A DNA stretch of 64,000 bases, from positions 1 through 64,000 of IMG/VR virus record IMGVR_UViG_3300021338_000003. One strand, written 5' to 3'. Shown here piece by piece: positions 1 to 8,387 of this stretch; positions within the stretch are counted from its first letter, which is position 1, and each line of letters begins with the position of its first letter. The notes beneath the pieces were generated by a model. It made no database searches. It was not told the DNA's origin and saw only the letters and a program-made list of their open reading frames with translations. Made by a program: the position numbers and the translations under genes.

Positions 1-804
1 GAAAGAAACGCCAGGCTTCTCACCGGTGTGGTTAGTGAAAATCATCGAGACGTTCTTGCGACCAAGAAGACGCTTGATCTTCCGAAGACCTCGGGAGTGA
101 ACACCCGCCGGTCCAGCCATGTTTTCCTTCTCGGGGTCATCGGCAGTCATCTTAGCGATGAGTGCAGCGGCCGAGTCACAGACGATGAGCATCTGGGGAG
201 GACCACCCTCATCCTGGTCCTCCAGCTCGTTGAGGAGGTACACCAGGTAATTGTAGTAATCGTCCCCATTGTCGTGAGCCTCCATAGTGAAAAGCTCATG
301 CTCGGGGTCAACCCTGTTGGCCAGCATATATCCCTTATCCCAACTTTCCTCAGCATCCCATGCATCAACCGGGATACCTGACTCAAGGGTTGCCGCCATG
401 GTCTGGAAGCAGAGGGTAGTCTTACCAGAATGTTCAGGGCCAAAGTACACCACGAGCTTGCCACCGGGAATGCCTCCTCCAGTCACAAGGTCCAGGTAAT
501 GGGACCCGGTGGTCAAGCAATCGCCAACGAGCTTTGGGCGCAGCTTCCGACGCCGGAAACCGAGCTTCTTCCGAGCCTTCTTCATTCCAGCACTTTCACG
601 GTCGATCTTCGCACCTCGACCCTTGTACTGATCACATGCGGGGGTACCCGTACCGACCCCACGTCCGAGGCGACACGAAATACCCGGAGGCAGGCCGCTC
701 TTCTCAAAGAAGGTATCAATGAACGAACACTGACCGCAGAAATGGTCAGCAAGAACCTTGCGACCGTGTGGGGCTTCGGGTATATCGGTTTTCTTGGCAG
801 GCAT
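1..804 (-). CDS. recA: RecA/UvsX-like recombinase, 3' end truncated by the window edge, with an N-terminal 4-Cys extension
   Basis: Absent from the ORF track because it runs off the edge. Manual translation from ATG 804 gives TGSHYLDLVTGGGIPGGKLVVYFGPEHSGKTTL (RecA P-loop), WDAEES, LIVCDSAAAL (Walker B) and MIFTNH. Confidence 0.92.
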   Translation of the reverse strand, partial: MPAKKTDIPEAPHGRKVLADHFCGQCSFIDTFFEKSGLPPGISCRLGRGVGTGTPACDQYKGRGAKIDRESAGMKKARKKLGFRRRKLRPKLVGDCLTTGSHYLDLVTGGGIPGGKLVVYFGPEHSGKTTLCFQTMAATLESGIPVDAWDAEESWDKGYMLANRVDPEHELFTMEAHDNGDDYYNYLVYLLNELEDQDEGGPPQMLIVCDSAAALIAKMTADDPEKENMAGPAGVHSRGLRKIKRLLGRKNVSMIFTNHTGEKPGVSF

Positions 805-809
805 TGTTG

Positions 810-2597
810 CTATACCTCAATATCAGTGATGGGGGTAACGTTCTCGGCCATACAACCAGTACAATTCACTCTGGATCCAAACCAGTTGCGGCTTTCGGAT
901 AGAGTTTCCTTTCCACACTCAGGACAAAGACCCGGAACGACTCGGCTTTGGAACCCAGAAACGACCCCATCCTCCGAGAAATCGAGGCCGATGTCCCCAT
1001 TCACTCGCTCATTCCTGAAATAGGGCTGGGTCTCGATGTCCTTGGGATAGACGAGGGTATAATATGTCTGGGTCCTATGGTCGAATGGTTCCTTAACCCT
1101 AGACCCTTCCTCGATGACCTTCACCAGGGACTTGAGGTTGGACATCAGGGGCTTGATGTCCGCCATTGTGTCAAAATGACCTCGAAACTTAGATGCCACT
1201 ACCATCTCAGCCCAGGAACTGGAGGACAGGATATTAAGAATAAGTTCACCACGCAGAGTGATTTGGCATGTACTGGGTCCAATCTTCTTCAGCAAACCCT
1301 GACTGAACAGACTTGCCATGACCCGACCAAAATTGGATTGGCGGTCCATGGAATACTCCCGGATAGCCGTCCGCAAAAGGTGACCCTCTGACACATTGGG
1401 ACTGGGCACATACCACTTCTGGACCACAGAAGAAGACTCTACAACAAATTCAGACGCCTTGAACCCTCTTTTGGGAAGGACGTTCTTGTCATCTAGGGTT
1501 GGTTTGGACACGAAGAGCATGCTCTTTGACCCCAATGGCCTCCTCTGACCAGGACCATCCCACAACTTCCACTGGATGGTGCTGCCCTTATTTGCAGACT
1601 CCAAAGCGAGGAGGGCCTGTGACCATACCCACTTGTAAATCACACCCTCGTCAGAGGAGGGATGATCAGCAGGAGTCACAGCAGGGTCTACAGGTTGAAT
1701 GAACAGTGGACCCGGACGCTGAGAGACCCCAGCCGTCTTATATCCCGCGGCCTTCAGAACTTTCTTTCCTCCCCGGATGAATTCTGGATCCATACCATCC
1801 TTAGCCCCCAGTACAGCAGTAATCATCCCACTGCTTTCCAATTTCTGTAGAGCTTTGATTATCCTTGAGCCCGGAAGGCCAACCTCAAGGCAAATATCAT
1901 AAACAAGACTGCCCAGGTTGAGCACAGATGGAGTACTACGACCCGTATCCCACTTGGACACAGTGTCTACAGTCAGAAACCCAGATTCGGCCATCCTCTG
2001 GTATCGTCTAGCAATGCCTTCAGACCCAACACATCCAGACTCCAAAACAACGTCCACTGGACCGCTCAATTTGGTCCGGCATATCCACTCGCATGAGACC
2101 ATCCGTCGACTCTGGAACATTGGCACCGCGGCGATGTGGAGAAGCAACAATTCCCCGACCCCAATGTTCACAGAAGTGCCCAAATATTCGGTAAGAGCCC
2201 GGGAGATATGAAGCCTGGAGAGACCTCGGGCTGCCGTCAGAGCAGTATACTGCTCGATGGCCCCCAGGTCAATGGACTGCTTCTTTCGAAGGGCAGAGTC
2301 CAGACCCTTCTTGTCGGTCACCCTGGAGAGGTCCACCCTGGTACATTTGGCGTCGGGGTGGAACGCCTGCACTTGTTTCTGGATGGCCAGAGATAGAGCC
2401 TCGCCTTCGTTGGTCTGGGGGAACCCCAAGTATACCACGTCTGTGTCCAGATTGGCCAACGTGGATACGGTTCCCGGGTGAAGGGATATCCCCTTTGGAC
2501 CCACCTTCATTCGGTGCTCGGGTAGACAAAGCACCGAATCGTGGATACGACCCAGGAATTCAGCCCGGCTAGGGGACTGCACGAAAATAACGGACAT
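810..2597 (-). CDS. Type IA DNA topoisomerase homolog, predicted catalytically inactive, with C-terminal zinc ribbon
   Basis: Colinear with TopA motifs: IFVQSPSRA (IVESPAKA), VYLGFPQTNEGEAL (IYLATDxDREGEAI), LQKLESSGMITA (AQRLYEAGYITY), IYKWVWSQ, PNVSEGHLL. Ends with CPECG...CTGC. Confidence 0.8.
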   Translation of the reverse strand: MSVIFVQSPSRAEFLGRIHDSVLCLPEHRMKVGPKGISLHPGTVSTLANLDTDVVYLGFPQTNEGEALSLAIQKQVQAFHPDAKCTRVDLSRVTDKKGLDSALRKKQSIDLGAIEQYTALTAARGLSRLHISRALTEYLGTSVNIGVGELLLLHIAAVPMFQSRRMVSCEWICRTKLSGPVDVVLESGCVGSEGIARRYQRMAESGFLTVDTVSKWDTGRSTPSVLNLGSLVYDICLEVGLPGSRIIKALQKLESSGMITAVLGAKDGMDPEFIRGGKKVLKAAGYKTAGVSQRPGPLFIQPVDPAVTPADHPSSDEGVIYKWVWSQALLALESANKGSTIQWKLWDGPGQRRPLGSKSMLFVSKPTLDDKNVLPKRGFKASEFVVESSSVVQKWYVPSPNVSEGHLLRTAIREYSMDRQSNFGRVMASLFSQGLLKKIGPSTCQITLRGELILNILSSSSWAEMVVASKFRGHFDTMADIKPLMSNLKSLVKVIEEGSRVKEPFDHRTQTYYTLVYPKDIETQPYFRNERVNGDIGLDFSEDGVVSGFQSRVVPGLCPECGKETLSESRNWFGSRVNCTGCMAENVTPITDIEV

Positions 2598-2606
2598 TTG
2601 CTCTCC

Positions 2607-2930
2607 CTAGAACAGGCCGAGAGGGCGTAGCCTGTCCCCTAGTGAGTTCAGGTCATCCTGATTTAGCAGGACGTCATGGATGATCTTACCATCCTTGAAG
2701 AAGCGAATCCGTGGGGCCCGAGCGATATCCACCAGGTGGCTTTGAGTCTCATCGATAGGCATCACAAACACTGGTTGTGATCCCTTAATACCATGAAGGT
2801 GCTCGACGAACTTCAGATGCTTTTTGGTTGGCGCTACCATCAGAAGGGCAAACTCCTGATTATCCCTGATAAGAGAGGTATATTGGTGCGCATGGACGTA
2901 GGTGAAACCTTCAGACCCCACGAATTGCAT
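2607..2930 (-). CDS. Thioredoxin-fold protein with no cysteines
   Basis: 107 aa. APRIRFFKDGKII matches the thioredoxin cis-Pro/beta hairpin (PTLLLFKNG), and VFVMPIDE resembles VAKLNID. The WCGPC position reads APTKKHL. Confidence 0.55.
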   Translation of the reverse strand: MQFVGSEGFTYVHAHQYTSLIRDNQEFALLMVAPTKKHLKFVEHLHGIKGSQPVFVMPIDETQSHLVDIARAPRIRFFKDGKIIHDVLLNQDDLNSLGDRLRPLGLF

Positions 2931-2938
2931 ATCTTACC

Positions 2939-4237
2939 TCACTCCATCGGCCGACGCTTGCGCCGACGCTTGCGAGGTGCCTCTTCGGAATCAGACTTGG
3001 TCGGAGGGCGCTTGCGCCGACGCTTACGCGGAGGCGGGGCCTCGTCCTCGCCATCAGCAGGAGGACGAGACTTGCGGGTACGAGTCCGAGTCTTGCCTCT
3101 GGCGGACTTGCTACCGGTCTTCTTCGAACGACGGCGACGGCGAGGAGCCTCTTCCTCCTCCTCGTCATCTTCGGAGCCCGTGTCCTTCCAAGCGTTATCG
3201 TTCTCATCCTTGCCTTCATACAACTCACGACGGGGGCGACCGTCGTCGTCATAATACCCAGACCGCTCCATGAACCGACGCATGTTGTCAGGGTCAACGT
3301 CAGCAGCCGCCATCTCTTCCAGAGGAAGAAGACCGGCCTCCTCGATCACCTTCATGCCTACCAGCGCCTTGGGGTTCTCACGACGGAGCTTGAAAATCCC
3401 CATGATATTGGTCTTCTTGCCGTTCTTGAGAATGTAGCGGCCGAAAACCTCTTTTATCTCATCTGAAGTGAGAGGGTGATTTGGAGCGTCATTGCACTTC
3501 TGTACGGAATACATGTCGTCGGCACGACGAGCCGTCTTGTCGAGGCTCATGGTGATGTCAAATCCCTGTTTGGGGTCAGCGGGATCGACACGTTCAAACT
3601 TGGCGATCTTATCGATAGCCTTCATAGGAGTGTAGGGCATTCCAGATTTACCCAGAACACCGAAGTCAGAATTACCCTTGACCACATCCCGGCCGCGGAT
3701 CGTCTTGACGTTGCGCTCGAAGCAGAACCACCAGGTACGCTGATTTGGGCGGGACTTGAAATCATCACACATGGGGCAGCAAAGGCGGTCCAGACGGACG
3801 GCCTTACCATTTTCCATAGCCCGAGGACAGAACCGGTCCTTGTTGCGGTCCGTTCCTCTGGGCACCTCGATCCCCTGTCGCTCCAGGGCGACAGCCTTTA
3901 CGACCTCGGAATCATACCAGCCCTGACCGGTCTTGGGGTTCTTCCAATCAACAACCTTCTCACGGAAGAGGTCGAACTTGGGGCAGAGGAAAGGAACACC
4001 AGGCGGAGCCTTCGGGGGCTTGAACTCCCTGCCCTCGGCGATGGCCTTTTCTCGCATTGACCCGAGCTTGTCAGCGTAGTCGCCGGCTCCCTGAACACAC
4101 CAATGGTTGGCGATGTCCTGGACGGGACCCACAAGCCGGAAACGACGATTCCGGTTATCAGGTACGATGAAGTTGACATCCTCGTCCCAGCGGCTGCGTC
4201 GCTCGCTGCCGCGGTCACTGTAATTGCGCATATTCAA
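2939..4237 (-). CDS. Putative single-stranded DNA-binding protein (T4 gp32-like) with acidic then Arg/Lys-rich tail
   Basis: RRFRLVG...HW, CCPMCD, DPKQGFDITMS and MYSV resemble the gp32 pattern. It lies in the same operon as recA. Confidence 0.6.
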   Translation of the reverse strand: MNMRNYSDRGSERRSRWDEDVNFIVPDNRNRRFRLVGPVQDIANHWCVQGAGDYADKLGSMREKAIAEGREFKPPKAPPGVPFLCPKFDLFREKVVDWKNPKTGQGWYDSEVVKAVALERQGIEVPRGTDRNKDRFCPRAMENGKAVRLDRLCCPMCDDFKSRPNQRTWWFCFERNVKTIRGRDVVKGNSDFGVLGKSGMPYTPMKAIDKIAKFERVDPADPKQGFDITMSLDKTARRADDMYSVQKCNDAPNHPLTSDEIKEVFGRYILKNGKKTNIMGIFKLRRENPKALVGMKVIEEAGLLPLEEMAAADVDPDNMRRFMERSGYYDDDGRPRRELYEGKDENDNAWKDTGSEDDEEEEEAPRRRRRSKKTGSKSARGKTRTRTRKSRPPADGEDEAPPPRKRRRKRPPTKSDSEEAPRKRRRKRRPME

Positions 4238-4350
4238 ATTTTCCTAATGGTGGCGTCATGGTCGTCATGACGGTTGGTGGGATGGTAACCAAGTGGTGGC
4301 GCCATTTAGGCGATGTGGTGTTGTGTTGCAACAATCGCAACACTCAGAAT

Positions 4351-5016
4351 TTAAGGCACGTCACCCACATAAGAGGGCGCCCACAGAATGTCACAGGTAT
4401 CCGTGCCGTTGGCTTCCAAAAGAACCCCCAGAGAGTAGATACGGGACCCAGTTGCGGAGGGCTCTGTGGTTGTGGCCTTGCCGATTGCATTGGACAGGTA
4501 TACCGGATTACCGACATCCCCAGCCACCGGAGTGGAACTGAACTTCGCCGTCACCTGATGCCCAAAGAAATTGTGGACAGATGCGATATCCCCCGACGAT
4601 GTATCGGCCAGAGCCACTGCTAGGGCATTCTGTCGAGTTCCCACATCATTCGAATCGGCCAAAAGCCAGCCCCCAGCAGGTCCAATGCACAAGATTTCCC
4701 CTGCCGACAGAGATGCTTTGGACTCAATGCGAGGACCACGAAGGGCGGCCCAAAGACCCCTCACCAGGTATCCAATTACGGTCTTGTCAATCTGGGTGAG
4801 GTCTGGTCCGTCGGTAGCAGGGCTGCCCACAGGCTTCGGATTCCAGGCAGCGCCGGCCAGAAATTGATTGCCACTGATGTCTACTGTATTCCAATTGGGA
4901 CTGGACCCTACATCGCCTAGGGATGCCCGAACAACGGACAATCCGGCGGGGTCAGCCAGGTAAGCCTCTTCCACTACCTGAATGATGGCTGCCTTCAAGT
5001 CTGCATACTCGCTCAT
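4351..5016 (-). CDS. Putative virion decoration / capsid-cement-like protein
   Basis: C-terminal LSAGEILCI...GNPVYLSNAIGKATTTEP...LGVLL resembles beta-clip head decoration domains. Confidence 0.45.
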   Translation of the reverse strand: MSEYADLKAAIIQVVEEAYLADPAGLSVVRASLGDVGSSPNWNTVDISGNQFLAGAAWNPKPVGSPATDGPDLTQIDKTVIGYLVRGLWAALRGPRIESKASLSAGEILCIGPAGGWLLADSNDVGTRQNALAVALADTSSGDIASVHNFFGHQVTAKFSSTPVAGDVGNPVYLSNAIGKATTTEPSATGSRIYSLGVLLEANGTDTCDILWAPSYVGDVP

Positions 5017-5017
5017 G

Positions 5018-6310
5018 TTACGACCTCTTCATCTGATCGACCGCAATGAGGGCCATCTGTCGGAGTCTTTCACGGACTATGTCCAGTGGGTACATGTCCT
5101 TACTATCCGGGACAAGGTCAAAGGTACCAAAACAGCAACAGATGACCATTCTTTCTTTGTAGGATAGGGCCGACATGTAGTCACTAGCCTGAGTGGATGA
5201 CTTCCGGGACAACGAGTCCTCTACAGACTCACCTTCGTCTACTACGTTGTCTCGAAGCATGGTGCCAGGGTCGTCTTCGGACAGTGGACTTTCAAGACTG
5301 ACTGGACGATTGATCTGAATGGCCTGCATGACTTCGACCACTTGCTCCTCGGTCATCTTCATTTCTTTGGCGATGGCGGGGATGTCGCCTACAATCCCCT
5401 TGTCGTGGCTCATCTGCTCCATCTTGCGGTACACCTGCCAAAGAGGGGCAGGGATCTTGCACATGTTGGCTTCGGTCTTAAGATGAAGCAGGACCGAAGC
5501 CTGAATCCAGTTGCGAGCCAGTCCCGAAAATGCCTTTTCCCGATTGGGGTCGAAATAATTGGCTGCTCGAACCAAACCAGTGGACCCGTGCTGGAAGTTG
5601 TCGAGTATCTGCTGTTCTGACCTTCCATACTTCCGAGCCATCTGCATCACCAAGCGACGGAAGGAGACCAGAACCTTTGTCCTCATGGCCATAGCAATCT
5701 TCATGTGCCACTGTACCTGCTTGACCACCCCGTAGAAGTGAGTTTGTGTCGCCCCAAACCTTTCCTCCATTGACCTCGCTTTCATTTCCAGTCTTGCTAC
5801 TTCCAGTCTCAACTTCGGTCGAACCCTTTCCCCTATATCCTCAAGTCGTTCAACTTCCAGCCGTTTAGGGATGGCTTGGTCAACATACATGCAGTAGCGC
5901 TTGGTGCTTCGGAGGAATGACTCTCCTAGGATGATATACACTGCATAGACGAAAGGAAGAGATTCCTTGTGTTGAACATAGGGGGATATTGTATCCTTTT
6001 CCTTCATCGCTGAGTGATACATGAAGTCCAAACCCAGCTCAATCAGCAGAACTTCCCGCGGCAGATAATCATCAACTTCATACCCACCCCGCTCTCTGAT
6101 GATGTCCTCCCCGTAGAAGATCGTGACATTTTTGAGAACCTTCGCCGCCATCTTGGTGGTATTCTCAATCATGAAGGCATCGAAGAAGGAAGTATGAGCG
6201 CCTATCAGGTCAGCAACGTCTTCAATCACCTCATAGAACTCATGATACCACCACACCATCTCTCTATGGGGTATCAACGGTGCGTTGTATAGGGTTCCGA
6301 GATTGTACAC
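5018..6310 (-). CDS. Phage-encoded sigma70-family RNA polymerase sigma factor
   Basis: Region 2 LVMQMARKY...QHGSTGLVRAANYFDP...FSGLARNWIQ; region 3 PVSLESPLSEDD; region 4 LSYKERMVI...RERLRQM. Confidence 0.88.
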   Translation of the reverse strand: MYNLGTLYNAPLIPHREMVWWYHEFYEVIEDVADLIGAHTSFFDAFMIENTTKMAAKVLKNVTIFYGEDIIRERGGYEVDDYLPREVLLIELGLDFMYHSAMKEKDTISPYVQHKESLPFVYAVYIILGESFLRSTKRYCMYVDQAIPKRLEVERLEDIGERVRPKLRLEVARLEMKARSMEERFGATQTHFYGVVKQVQWHMKIAMAMRTKVLVSFRRLVMQMARKYGRSEQQILDNFQHGSTGLVRAANYFDPNREKAFSGLARNWIQASVLLHLKTEANMCKIPAPLWQVYRKMEQMSHDKGIVGDIPAIAKEMKMTEEQVVEVMQAIQINRPVSLESPLSEDDPGTMLRDNVVDEGESVEDSLSRKSSTQASDYMSALSYKERMVICCCFGTFDLVPDSKDMYPLDIVRERLRQMALIAVDQMKRS

Positions 6311-6358
6311 TAGACCCCCCTAGGTCCTACAGGTTAAAGGAAACACACGGGTAACCGC

Positions 6359-6979
6359 ATGCCTGAAAACATACCGAAGCTGAACCTCGGTCAGATAATA
6401 CGCCTTACACCCAAGCAGATACGCCAAAGGGGCGTCAGGACGTGCTCAGTGAGGGTGTCCAGGGTGTCCGTTGAACTCGATGACTTCGGTGCCTCGAAGG
6501 TTGTCCAATCGCGTTCGCTCTGTATTGACAGAGTACACGTTTCCTCTATTCGATTCTACCATTCGGAAGGAATTCCATCCTCCCTGGTAGCACTTCGAAA
6601 CCTCCGTCGAGAAATCCCAACGGGCCGGGAACTCTACGGAGTACCGGTATGGGTATCCTGTGATTGTGAATGGTTTCTGTATGACTGCGAGGTTGCCCTG
6701 AACCGCTATGGGTGCACAGACATCCGGTTCTCCAACGGTGACTACCCCGTTGTACGAAACAGTGGGATGGTCCCTCGCCTATGCAAGCATCTGATTGCAT
6801 TGGCTCCGCTCGCCGTGGCGGCCAAGGAGAAGAGCAACCGGCCGGTGTCTTCTCCTACGTACCCTGTGCGACCTGGACCATTGCCCAGTCAGCTGCAACG
6901 TCAACTTGAAAGGGCCAAAGACCTTCCGAGTAGGGAAGAACTCGATGAAGCCATGAAGGGTGTCACCGATTTTCTTTGA
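6359..6979 (+). CDS. SWIM-type zinc finger protein
   Basis: VSCDCEWF...RLCKH (CxC...CxH). Confidence 0.7.
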   Translation: MPENIPKLNLGQIIRLTPKQIRQRGVRTCSVRVSRVSVELDDFGASKVVQSRSLCIDRVHVSSIRFYHSEGIPSSLVALRNLRREIPTGRELYGVPVWVSCDCEWFLYDCEVALNRYGCTDIRFSNGDYPVVRNSGMVPRLCKHLIALAPLAVAAKEKSNRPVSSPTYPVRPGPLPSQLQRQLERAKDLPSREELDEAMKGVTDFL

Positions 6980-7250
6980 CGATGTCCCATAGAACCTGGG
7001 TTCTATTGGCCTGCATCTTTCGGATGCCTGCATCGATCAAGGCAACCCGCTTGTAGTCATCATCTGAAAGGACGTGAAGAGACTTGCGCTTCTCCCGACC
7101 GACCAAGGCACCCTCTCGGTGGTGGATGTGGACCGTCGAATCGGGGTCCACATCCAGGGTCTCAACCCACCCGATATAATGGCGGTCAGTGACCTCACAG
7201 TAGAAAAACACCCGAGTCCAATCGGGAGTAACCTCGGCAACATGTGGCAT
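6963..7250 (-). CDS. Hypothetical protein
   Basis: 95-aa ORF with an AGGTGA-type RBS upstream; fills the gap between genes. Confidence 0.55.
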   Translation of the reverse strand: MPHVAEVTPDWTRVFFYCEVTDRHYIGWVETLDVDPDSTVHIHHREGALVGREKRKSLHVLSDDDYKRVALIDAGIRKMQANRTQVLWDIVKENR

Positions 7251-7287
7251 GAATCACCTCTAATGGATGGAGTTTAGTGGAGACTGC

Positions 7288-8115
7288 ATGCCCGAATGGC
7301 CCGAAGTCAAAGTGGTAGTCCACCAGCTCCAAAGACTGGTAGGGTCTGTCACTTCAAGATCCTGGTCCAACTCCAAGTACAACCCAGGCAGAAAACTCGG
7401 CGGGATAGAAGGACTGAAGGTCAAGAGAATCCGGCAGCGGGCCAAGTTCATCGAATTTCACCTTCGGCAAGGTTCGACCCGCAAAGTAGTCATCTTCCAT
7501 CTTGGCATGTCAGGAAAGCTTGGTATCGTTCCTCTGAGTAGCCCAGCTCTACAGGGTGTTCACTGCCACGCGTGGATGGCTTTCGAACACAAAGAGGCCC
7601 TAGTGTTCGTGGATCCCCGAAAGTTCGGGCGGGCCATGGTCATTGAAGACCCCAGCGTATATCGCTTCGAGTTATACAAAAATATAGGCCCCGAAGCGGC
7701 GGCTATTGACTTCAACACCTTTCACAGTCGCGTGTCCCAGAAACCGAAATGGACGGTCAAGAAGGCTTTGCTTGACCAAAGCCTGGTTTCAGGATACGGC
7801 AATATATATGCGAATGAAATCTTGCATTATGCCCAGGTTCATCCCCACTCAAGGATAGAGCTTGTTCCCCGAGAGCGATGGTTGGCAATCCACGGAGCAA
7901 CCCCACGTCTGTTTGACCATGCCTTCCGATGCGGAGGTTCTAGTCCCCAAAGCTTCCGAGGGCCAAATGGCGAGTCGGGGACCTTCCAAAACCACCACAG
8001 GATATACGGAAGGGAGGGAAAACCTTGTAACAGGTGTGGCAGGCCCATAATGAAAGGGTACCTCGATGGGAGGAGCACCTTTTGGTGCCAATGTTCAACA
8101 ATCTTCGATTATTAG
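7288..8115 (+). CDS. mutM: Formamidopyrimidine-DNA glycosylase / AP lyase (Fpg/MutM)
   Basis: Start reassigned to ATG 7288 (GGAG RBS), giving the catalytic N-terminus MPEWPEV. Also HLGMSG, DPRKFG, H2TH LLDQSLVSGYGNIYANE and zinc finger CNRC...WCQC. Confidence 0.93.
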   Translation: MPEWPEVKVVVHQLQRLVGSVTSRSWSNSKYNPGRKLGGIEGLKVKRIRQRAKFIEFHLRQGSTRKVVIFHLGMSGKLGIVPLSSPALQGVHCHAWMAFEHKEALVFVDPRKFGRAMVIEDPSVYRFELYKNIGPEAAAIDFNTFHSRVSQKPKWTVKKALLDQSLVSGYGNIYANEILHYAQVHPHSRIELVPRERWLAIHGATPRLFDHAFRCGGSSPQSFRGPNGESGTFQNHHRIYGREGKPCNRCGRPIMKGYLDGRSTFWCQCSTIFDY

Positions 8116-8123
8116 GAGAGGCC

Positions 8124-8375
8124 ATGCGTATGGTGGTTTTCTATTTGCTTCTGACTGGCTGTGTTTCCGAAGACACGGCTGTGTCTTATGCTCGGCGAGC
8201 CCACCCCGAGTGCTCCGGTCATGACGCCCTGTCACACCGATGGGCGGAAACCAGCCAGACCGAGGTGTCTATGGTCTGTGGGCCACCTGACCAGCCGGTG
8301 CGCCGTTCCATCACCGTCAAATGTGTGCATGGATTCGGCATTTTCGCCGATACCACCTGTCACGAAAACAACTGA
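8124..8375 (+). CDS. Small lipoprotein
   Basis: Start ATG 8124 after AGGAG. MRMVVFYLLLTG-C is a lipobox; the mature part is Cys-rich. Confidence 0.6.
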   Translation: MRMVVFYLLLTGCVSEDTAVSYARRAHPECSGHDALSHRWAETSQTEVSMVCGPPDQPVRRSITVKCVHGFGIFADTTCHENN

Positions 8376-8387
8376 GGGAGGTCCCAC

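Noticed and set aside
810-2597. Calling the topoisomerase homolog a pseudogene
   Set aside because: It has no frameshift or internal stop, it sits tightly in an operon, and the zinc ribbon is intact, so it is treated as a pseudoenzyme CDS.
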